Part shown: piece after piece, positions 7,752 through 14,122 of the stretch
Layout of the letters: the number at the start of each line of letters is the position of its first letter
How positions within the stretch are numbered: position 1 is the stretch's first letter
From: an uncultured virus (IMG/VR IMGVR_UViG_3300032116_000117)
Taxonomy: Duplodnaviria; Heunggongvirae; Uroviricota; Caudoviricetes
IMG/VR virus record: IMGVR_UViG_3300032116_000117
Location: 57,576 to 77,575 of that record
Direction: 5' to 3' (one strand)
Length of the DNA: 20,000 nt
Notes under the pieces: model-generated
The model's input: the letters and a program-made list of their open reading frames with translations, nothing else
The model's database searches: none
Told to the model about the DNA's origin: nothing
Made by a program: the position numbers and the translations under genes

Positions 7752-8510
7752 TTAGTCTATAGACTTAAACAATAAATGATAATACATTTTTTCTGATAAA
7801 CTTATGAGATATTTATCTTTAGTTAATAAACATAAATTATTAAGTTTCATCCAAGACTGTGTAAGATTTAATAATTCTTCTGTATTATTTATAGCATATT
7901 TTTTTATATTTTGATATTGATATTTAGTAGAATATTTTTTGACATCATATATTCTTTTTTCTAAAAAAGGAAGTGGAAAATGTCCTATAAAAGAAGAATC
8001 TGTTATACAGTCATTGTGGGCATTAAAAATATTTCTAGGAATATATTCAATATATTTATTAATACTTAAATAATCATTGTTAACTAAATCTATTATTGCT
8101 GCTTGTTCCCACCAATTGTGATTTAGGTATTGTGTCATTGACCATGCTTGTTCTAATAATTTTTTGATAATACCATTATTTTTAATTAAAAAAACACCAG
8201 TATTGATTGAGTTATCATCTTTTGATAAATACAAATATTTTTCTGGTTTTATAAAAGACCACAAATCAATATCATGTCTTAATATAATTGCATCAGCATC
8301 TATCCAAAGAGTATACTGATTTGGCCTATTATTAGTTTCTTGAATTAGATAATCTATTTTAGACCATGCGGCAGGACGAGGATAATCGTCCGGTATCTCA
8401 TATATTTGATAAGAATATCCATAATATTCACAATAGTTTTTAATAATTGGAATATTATAACTTGCTAATTCTTTAAATCTATTATTATGAGCAGTAATTA
8501 TTTTAAACAT
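7752..8510 (-). CDS. glycosyltransferase family 34 (GMA12/MNN10-like)
   Basis: YCEYYGY, WSKI, LWIDADA (DxD), INTGVFLIKN, WWEQAA, FIGHF. Confidence 0.85.
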   Translation of the reverse strand: MFKIITAHNNRFKELASYNIPIIKNYCEYYGYSYQIYEIPDDYPRPAAWSKIDYLIQETNNRPNQYTLWIDADAIILRHDIDLWSFIKPEKYLYLSKDDNSINTGVFLIKNNGIIKKLLEQAWSMTQYLNHNWWEQAAIIDLVNNDYLSINKYIEYIPRNIFNAHNDCITDSSFIGHFPLPFLEKRIYDVKKYSTKYQYQNIKKYAINNTEELLNLTQSWMKLNNLCLLTKDKYLISLSEKMYYHLLFKSID

Positions 8511-8551
8511 AGTATACTTTTTGAGATTGTTTACTCAATAATACACTAAAG

Positions 8552-8906
8552 TGGATGCGAGGGGAGTCGAACCCCTGTCCTATCATATTTCAAATTATAT
8601 CTTCTACAAGTTTATTTTGTTCATGAGTTAAATAGGATTGTAGAACAAACAAGATTCTTCCTATCTTACCAACTGCTCTTAACCTACAACCCGTTGGGTA
8701 TTGTAAGTGCAGAGGGATTTAACGACAGACTTTTGATCCCTACCCTCATTCGGTATCGCAGTCTGTTACTGCCAGTTTTAGTTAGGCAGCAAGGGCTAAC
8801 TGATTTGTGCCAGTTACAGCATTTGATCGACTTTTAAAGTGGCCTGTCGATCAACCACTACTTGCAAATATAATCTTTTTTATGTAGTCGAAACCTTTAC
8901 GCACCC
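8552..8906 (-). ncRNA. ssrA: tmRNA (SsrA), tag peptide (A)GTNQLALAA*
   Basis: 5' GGGTGCGTAAAGGTTTCGAC; 3' GGACAGGGGTTCGACTCCCCTCGCATCCA; acceptor stem with G3-U70; pk1 GTGG/CCAC plus TTGATCGAC/GTCGATCAA; TAACT then resume codon GGC, tag ORF 8811-8782 ending LALAA-TAA. Confidence 0.95.
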
Positions 8907-9136
8907 TATTTTGTAGTTTGATTTAATGGAACCATTTGGTATTTTTCGTTCTCAAGTCTGTATATTTCTTTTTGAAGTAATTCAAATTGATTTACATTAA
9001 TCCAAGGATTAACTCCAACAACAAAATCTTGAAGAATCAAAATTCTATTATAGAATATAATGTTTGTTCCTACTGACAATAGCAATAGGCCAATTAAAAG
9101 TGAATATATTGGTAAATGTTTTGATCTGTGCTGCAT
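8906..9136 (-). CDS. small protein with N-terminal TM helix
   Basis: 76 aa, hydrophobic residues 8-29, RBS AAGGA; last base of the TAG stop is the first G of the tmRNA. Confidence 0.7.
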   Translation of the reverse strand: MQHRSKHLPIYSLLIGLLLLSVGTNIIFYNRILILQDFVVGVNPWINVNQFELLQKEIYRLENEKYQMVPLNQTTK

Positions 9137-9138
9137 AG

Positions 9139-9309
9139 TTATTCCTTTGCTCTAGAATCATAGGAGGATTGAATAAATTGACCATACATATAAGAATCAA
9201 CTTTATTCATCTTTTCTGCTCTAATCAAAGAGTCATAATGCAAACAATTAAATGAAAATGACGCAAAAAGGATCGAGATCAAAAAAATTAAAGTTAATCT
9301 ATATTTCAT
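9139..9309 (-). CDS. small protein with N-terminal TM/signal helix (not in ORF track)
   Basis: Hand translation MKYRLTLIFLISILFASFSFNCLHYDSLIRAEKMNKVDSYMYGQFIQSSYDSRAKE* (56 aa); fills the gap and ends 2 nt before the next ATG. Confidence 0.65.
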   Translation of the reverse strand: MKYRLTLIFLISILFASFSFNCLHYDSLIRAEKMNKVDSYMYGQFIQSSYDSRAKE

Positions 9310-9379
9310 ATATTCTTTCTATTTGGTGGGATTGACATAGTTGTCAATAATATTGGTAGGATGATTCATATTACACCAA

Positions 9380-9452
9380 TAGGGCGTGAGAGAATCGAAC
9401 TCACTTAACTACCTTATAAGAGTAGTGTCTTAGACCATTAGACGAACGCCCC
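9380..9452 (-). tRNA. tRNA-Ile(UAU), CCA not encoded
   Basis: Acceptor GGGGCGT/ACGCCCT+A, D arm GTCT/AGAC, anticodon arm CTACT-CTTATAA-GGTAG, T arm GTGAG-TTCGATT-CTCTC (one mismatch). Confidence 0.9.
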
Positions 9453-9458
9453 AAAATA

Positions 9459-9638
9459 TCAGTCATTATGATAAAGTTTTTTTAGAACTGCAATTTCGGC
9501 TTCGTATTTTGATATTTTTTGATACATTTCCATGCAACTAACACAAAAGTCTGATGAGATATATGATTTGCAATCATGAATCTTATCTTCAAGATCCCTT
9601 ATTTTTCTTCTTATTTCTTCGTTTGACGGGTTTGACAT
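9459..9638 (-). CDS. small coiled-coil protein with central CxxC
   Basis: 59 aa from MSNPS; two amphipathic helices flanking FCVSC. Confidence 0.6.
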   Translation of the reverse strand: MSNPSNEEIRRKIRDLEDKIHDCKSYISSDFCVSCMEMYQKISKYEAEIAVLKKLYHND

Positions 9639-10002
9639 TGGATTTTTCCCCTTCGTGTTTTGTAAAATCATCCAATTTTTTGTTTGCCCAAAAAATCATT
9701 TCATTTTTATCGCTATCCCAAGCACACTCTACATATCCATCTGCTGCTAATCTAGCCAGTCCAATATTATTTATCCAAGTTATAGTGGATTCGTATATTT
9801 TTTCGTTAGCATCTTCGTTAAGTAATGGTCTATTTTGGTCATCAAAACCTATGCACTCGCTCTTAACAAGATTAATCATTTGACCAAGACTAATATAAGA
9901 ATCAACATCTGAACAATCATCAGAGAAAGATTTTGCCGCAGCATCACGCATTTCTGAGGCATATCCTTCAAGATCAACAATAGCATAAATTTCATTTTCC
10001 AT
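9589..10002 (-). CDS. hypothetical protein
   Basis: 137 aa, RBS GGAG, basic C-terminal tail. Confidence 0.75.
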   Translation of the reverse strand: MENEIYAIVDLEGYASEMRDAAAKSFSDDCSDVDSYISLGQMINLVKSECIGFDDQNRPLLNEDANEKIYESTITWINNIGLARLAADGYVECAWDSDKNEMIFWANKKLDDFTKHEGEKSNVKPVKRRNKKKNKGS

Positions 10003-10016
10003 AATATGATCTCCAA

Positions 10017-10292
10017 TTAGATATATTTAGTTACACCTTTATTATTATGGTCAACAATTTTATCCTCTATCCGATAGAGAGTATAATCCATAGTATATTG
10101 TCCTCTAGGAAGGTATTTCAGATTATCTCGTAGTGCCGTTTTTATTTGAGGAATCCAGTGTTGATATGCGGTAGAAAATTCTTTAGAAAAATATACCTGT
10201 AATATTGCTTCAATCTCAGCCAATTTATCTTCTATGCTCTCTCTTGCACCATGCAATTTGGCTAGTGCATCAATTGGGTCTGTATTAGGCAT
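10017..10292 (-). CDS. hypothetical protein
   Basis: 91 aa, RBS GAGG, overlaps the upstream stop. Confidence 0.72.
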   Translation of the reverse strand: MPNTDPIDALAKLHGARESIEDKLAEIEAILQVYFSKEFSTAYQHWIPQIKTALRDNLKYLPRGQYTMDYTLYRIEDKIVDHNNKGVTKYI

Positions 10293-10695
10293 TTTGTTCC
10301 TCTTTCTTTTTGAGTTTCAGTAACTTATGCTTAGTTTTCCAAACTCCAGTTTCCTTATTTTGAATGTCTCCTCCCATATAAATATGGCAGAATCCTTGGC
10401 TCTTGTCAATACCCCAAGCAAGAATACCGTTGCTATCTACACCTTCAACAACAAAACGTCCACGATAGCCCATAGGAATAAAATCGCCCTTAGAAACAAA
10501 ATATGGGCCTCCAGCAACCTTAATACGATCACCCTTTACAAGTTCACGCCAATTAACATTGTGAATAATTTTGGTATTTTTTGCTTCCTTGCTTTTAGGC
10601 TTAAAAACAAAAACATAATTGCAACTAGGACAGCAATATGCTCGCGGTCCAGTTTCATGAGAACATTTCGGACAAGTCTTTTTACCTTTGGGCAT
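10285..10695 (-). CDS. zinc-ribbon plus beta-barrel (SH3/KOW-like) basic protein
   Basis: CPKC...CPSC N-terminus, LVKGDRIKVAGGP; RBS AGGAG; first gene after a promoter. Confidence 0.7.
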   Translation of the reverse strand: MPKGKKTCPKCSHETGPRAYCCPSCNYVFVFKPKSKEAKNTKIIHNVNWRELVKGDRIKVAGGPYFVSKGDFIPMGYRGRFVVEGVDSNGILAWGIDKSQGFCHIYMGGDIQNKETGVWKTKHKLLKLKKKEEQNA

Positions 10696-10725
10696 CGTTT
10701 TCTCCTGTGTTAGTGGTATGCTCCT

Positions 10726-10753
10726 AGTATAGCATAGGTATCGGCATTGTCAA
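10726..10753 (-). promoter_or_regulatory. sigma70-like promoter with CGATA box
   Basis: TTGACA-ATGCCGATACCTATGC-TATACT, 16-bp spacer; -35 overlaps the upstream TGA stop. Confidence 0.8.
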
Positions 10754-11199
10754 GAGGGATTCTTTAACGATTCTCTGTGAGCGGGACAAAGAGTGGTAAA
10801 CCAACCGTTTTTATTGCACTCTCCTTTATTCCCACAAACTTCACAAGTCTTATAACTAATTGCTTCTGCCATGCTTACCAATCCTTCCACATATTCATCC
10901 CCTCCACTAAAATAAAGTCTAAGACCACCATACTTTTCCTTTATTTGATCAAATTTTACAGGAAAATATTCTGGTTCTTGTTTGAGTTTTTCTGGATCAT
11001 TTTCTTCAAAATATTTTTTAGTCCATATTTTATTATCTTCATGCTGTCGTATCATCCAGCAAAGAGATGCTAGTATTTCATACCACCCATTATTGCACTC
11101 AATACCCCATGCCATGCAACTAAACTGTATACCTTTATCTTTGTTGGTAAAAAATTGAGGATATTTTTCAAAAAGTTGATTTTGTAATTGCTGATCCAT
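10750..11199 (-). CDS. conserved phage hypothetical protein (QIKEKxGxLRxY type, C-terminal zinc site)
   Basis: GWY, QIKEKYGGLRLY and TCEVCG...GWFTTLCxxH pattern recognised from phage hypothetical proteins. Confidence 0.78.
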   Translation of the reverse strand: MDQQLQNQLFEKYPQFFTNKDKGIQFSCMAWGIECNNGWYEILASLCWMIRQHEDNKIWTKKYFEENDPEKLKQEPEYFPVKFDQIKEKYGGLRLYFSGGDEYVEGLVSMAEAISYKTCEVCGNKGECNKNGWFTTLCPAHRESLKNPS

Positions 11200-11410
11200 C
11201 TGGCCTGCCCTTTATTTCTAATTTACCGGGACTATAGTGGCAAAAATAACTACTATGAATACGTTTCTTAGTCAAGTTATCTTCTTCAATCTCAATATAA
11301 ACATTAATACGATAACGATTTTCCCATACATTAATAATCTTTGTCATAAGATGATGTTTTGGTCGCTCAACTTGTTTGAAAAGCAAACTTTCAATTTCAA
11401 GATCGTTCAT
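11168..11410 (-). CDS. hypothetical protein
   Basis: 80 aa from MNDLE, RBS GGAG. Confidence 0.7.
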   Translation of the reverse strand: MNDLEIESLLFKQVERPKHHLMTKIINVWENRYRINVYIEIEEDNLTKKRIHSSYFCHYSPGKLEIKGRPDGSAITKSTF

Positions 11411-11612
11411 CAATTGTCTCCACTTCTGTAGCAGTATCAATACTCAAAGAAATTTTATTATCTGGCATTTCAATAAAGTCAGTAGGATAATATCTCAAAG
11501 TATCAAAATCAAAAACCTCTACGTTTTCTTGCCAAGGAAAATTTTTATTGTTTATGTCGTTTGCTCTCTCATAAAGAAAGTTGTATAGATCAAGCCAAGT
11601 CATTTTGTTCAT
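11397..11612 (-). CDS. hypothetical protein
   Basis: 71 aa, RBS AAGGA, first gene after the promoter at 11661-11688. Confidence 0.72.
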   Translation of the reverse strand: MNKMTWLDLYNFLYERANDINNKNFPWQENVEVFDFDTLRYYPTDFIEMPDNKISLSIDTATEVETIDERS

Positions 11613-11660
11613 TTTTCCTTCTAAAAATATTAGTTTTCTGTATCCAATCGGTGTATGTCA

Positions 11661-11688
11661 ATTATATCCGACAGTCTCGTAAAGTCAA
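11661..11688 (-). promoter_or_regulatory. sigma70-like promoter divergent from the HNH gene
   Basis: TTGACT-16 bp-TATAAT. Confidence 0.65.
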
Positions 11689-11696
11689 GGAATACT

Positions 11697-12329
11697 ATGA
11701 AAATATGTGTTAAATGTAAAATTGAAAAAGATCTAAATGATTTCAGTAATAATAAGGCTAAAAAAGATGGTAAATGTGTTTATTGTCGTAGTTGTTATGC
11801 TATCATAAATAGAGAATGGAGACAAAACAACCCGAAACAAGACAAAAAAATTCATGATAAATGGAAAAATAAAAATATAGAAAGTGTTCGTAAAAATCGT
11901 TTAAAATCATACTATAATAATCATGAAAAATCAAAAGAACGTGCTAAAAAATATAAGCAAAAACATAAAGATAGTTTAAGAATTAAGAATAGATTGTATG
12001 CTAATAAAAAATATTATGAGGATTTAAACTACAGATTAGTTAGATTACTTAGGGGGCGTATAACTAAAGCCATTAAACGTAATTCAAAATATTCTACATC
12101 ATTAGATTTGCTTGGATGTTCTATAGAAGAATTAAAAATTCATTTAGAAAAACAGTTTACTAAAGGAATGAGTTGGAAAAATTATGGTAAGTGGCATATA
12201 GATCATATTAAACCGTGTGCTAGTTTTGATCTTAGTTTAGAAAATGAACAAAAACTTTGTTTCCATTTTACTAATCTTCAACCTTTATGGGCTAAAGATA
12301 ATATAAAAAAATCAGATAAGATTATCTAG
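11697..12329 (+). CDS. HNH homing endonuclease (only credible plus-strand gene)
   Basis: N-terminal CVKC...CRSC, basic helical linker, WHIDHIKPCASFDL...CFHFTNLQPLWAKDNIKKS; RBS AAGGA before ATG at 11697. Confidence 0.88.
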   Translation: MKICVKCKIEKDLNDFSNNKAKKDGKCVYCRSCYAIINREWRQNNPKQDKKIHDKWKNKNIESVRKNRLKSYYNNHEKSKERAKKYKQKHKDSLRIKNRLYANKKYYEDLNYRLVRLLRGRITKAIKRNSKYSTSLDLLGCSIEELKIHLEKQFTKGMSWKNYGKWHIDHIKPCASFDLSLENEQKLCFHFTNLQPLWAKDNIKKSDKII

Positions 12330-12540
12330 CACGACGATTTGCACGATCCAAAATCCTCAAAGTTTCTCTAGCATTTGCTGGACAGAGAACCAAGTCCGGT
12401 GCAGTTTTGTGACTATAATTCATGAATCCCACCGCTTTAGATTCTGATGAACAACTAAGACAAGTTGCTCGTCTGTTAGTTTCAATCAAAAATTCTGCAC
12501 GACCCGCCGGAATAGCATCTTGACAATAAATACAGTTCAT
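12322..12540 (-). CDS. DksA/TraR-type C4 zinc-finger protein
   Basis: CIYCQDAIPAGRAEFL...TCLSC matches CxxC..I(P)xxR....CxxC; RBS AAGGAGG. Confidence 0.75.
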   Translation of the reverse strand: MNCIYCQDAIPAGRAEFLIETNRRATCLSCSSESKAVGFMNYSHKTAPDLVLCPANARETLRILDRANRRAR

Positions 12541-12560
12541 GGGTTCCTCCTTACAACGGA

Positions 12561-13019
12561 TTATACCATGACCATCGGCATTGTCAACTCGACTCCTTCA
12601 ATAAAATTTTCTAAACTGTCAACAAAACTCCCGTAATCCGTACTATAATAAACATCATTCAATCCAACAGCACTAAGAAGTTTGTCGCAATTTTCACAAG
12701 GCTTACTTCCTAATATAATTCCTCGTCTATTAATACGCATAACAACAACTGACCAATTAGGATCAATGGTATTATACCTATCCAACAATTTAGAAATAAG
12801 ATGAGATTCAGCATGAACAAATGGAAATTCCTTATATTTAGGCAAATTAAATTGCTCACCAATCCTATATGCCCGTGCATTAGTCTTAATCGGGTTGTTT
12901 TGGCTGAAACAAATCATTTTATTACCATCAAACGCAGCGGCATAATGATAGCATCGAATGAGTCTACTGGGACTCCAATTATTATAAGCCTTACGAATTG
13001 TTTTGTTAATAATTTTCAT
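12561..13019 (-). CDS. cytidine/deoxycytidylate deaminase-like protein
   Basis: HAE and SKPCENC zinc motifs, C-terminal VYYST. Confidence 0.82.
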   Translation of the reverse strand: MKIINKTIRKAYNNWSPSRLIRCYHYAAAFDGNKMICFSQNNPIKTNARAYRIGEQFNLPKYKEFPFVHAESHLISKLLDRYNTIDPNWSVVVMRINRRGIILGSKPCENCDKLLSAVGLNDVYYSTDYGSFVDSLENFIEGVELTMPMVMV

Positions 13020-13165
13020 TACTTATTAGCCAACATATACAATCCAACATTAGCAAACGCATAGCCCAAATATGTAATTAACATACCATAGTTTCCTTTA
13101 TATCCTTGTTCACCAGCAACATAAAGATAGCAACAACCAGTAAAAGCAATTAGCCAAGCACTCAT
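13019..13165 (-). CDS. small two-TM membrane protein (not in ORF track)
   Basis: MSAWLIAFTGCCYLYVAGEQGYKGNYGMLITYLGYAFANVGLYMLANK* (48 aa); ATGA overlap with uvsE and TAATG overlap with the deaminase. Confidence 0.75.
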   Translation of the reverse strand: MSAWLIAFTGCCYLYVAGEQGYKGNYGMLITYLGYAFANVGLYMLANK

Positions 13166-14076
13166 ACGGAAACTCCTTTAATTATTTCTTCGTGATTAGC
13201 AATAGCAAAGTCTTTCATCTTTAATTCCATATCCACATCGAAATCTAGTCCGTATGTTTCAAATGGTTTTTCCGCATAGTCTGCATGAGCCCTTGGATTA
13301 TTTCCGGGACGACTTTCGCTGTAATGGAAAAGAGGTCGATATCCATGCCATGTATTGTAGCACATTTTAAGTGCTGTTTGTTCATCTAGTCCGTTAGGAT
13401 TGCACTTATGATGAAGATAATCAAAAGTGATGGGGATATTGGTAGCAGGATGAAATACATTAACAAGTTCGTCTACACTCCAGCAGTTAATTTTGTCATC
13501 ATTTTCAATAACCAATCTAGCCCTACAATTAGGATCAAGACGATTAAAATTTTGCATAAATCTATCAATGATTTCAGAGTGTGTTCCATTTTTGTTATGA
13601 ACATGAAGATTCATTGGGTTGTTATAATTTGCTTCGCAGCCGATTCTGTCGAAGAAACTGCTGTAGAAATTAAGTTCGGTGATTGTCTTATCGACTGCTT
13701 TACTATTGGTTGAAGCAAGAACATTAAATTCGCTAGGATGACAAGTAACACGAACATTGGTTCTCTTAATGGTTTGTTCAATATTGTCAAATTCATTTTG
13801 AATAGCATCATGATTAGGCAAATCTTCCAGACTTACATTAGCCTCATCATAAGTAATTAGAGGAAAAATATCACTACTGATACGATAAATATAGGTGTGT
13901 TCTGCACAAAATTCAATAGTCTTGTCGGTAGTGATGAGATTGTTAAGAATTCTGTCACCAAGAATCTCTAGTGCTTCTTCTCTAGGCAAACTAGAAAAAC
14001 GCTTGTAGGTCATGGTCTGATGACCAAAACCCTGTTCTTTAAGTTTGAGAGAAATGCAACATAGCCCGTAACGCAT
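13162..14076 (-). CDS. uvsE: UV-damage endonuclease UvsE/UVDE
   Basis: MRYGLCC, YRISSDIFP, RVTCHPSEFNVL, LVIENDDK, ITFDYLHH, PLFHYSES, HADY, MELKMKD; RBS GGAGG. Confidence 0.93.
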   Translation of the reverse strand: MRYGLCCISLKLKEQGFGHQTMTYKRFSSLPREEALEILGDRILNNLITTDKTIEFCAEHTYIYRISSDIFPLITYDEANVSLEDLPNHDAIQNEFDNIEQTIKRTNVRVTCHPSEFNVLASTNSKAVDKTITELNFYSSFFDRIGCEANYNNPMNLHVHNKNGTHSEIIDRFMQNFNRLDPNCRARLVIENDDKINCWSVDELVNVFHPATNIPITFDYLHHKCNPNGLDEQTALKMCYNTWHGYRPLFHYSESRPGNNPRAHADYAEKPFETYGLDFDVDMELKMKDFAIANHEEIIKGVSV

Positions 14077-14094
14077 AGTACCTCCGTTTGCAGC

Positions 14095-14122
14095 ATTATA
14101 CCATAGTATCGGCAAGTGTCAA
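14095..14122 (-). promoter_or_regulatory. sigma70-like promoter for uvsE, with CGATA box
   Basis: TTGACA-CTTGCCGATACTATGG-TATAAT, consensus hexamers, 16-bp spacer; -35 overlaps the upstream TGA stop. Confidence 0.85.

Noticed and set aside
8552..8600. Third tRNA or prophage att site at the tmRNA 3' end
   Set aside because: The T arm pairs with a 5' end 355 nt away and encloses a tag ORF, so it is a tmRNA. No duplicated 3' fragment or integrase is present.
9319..9369. 16-codon mini-ORF MNHPTNIIDNYVNPTK after tRNA-Ile
   Set aside because: It has no RBS and is too short to distinguish from chance.
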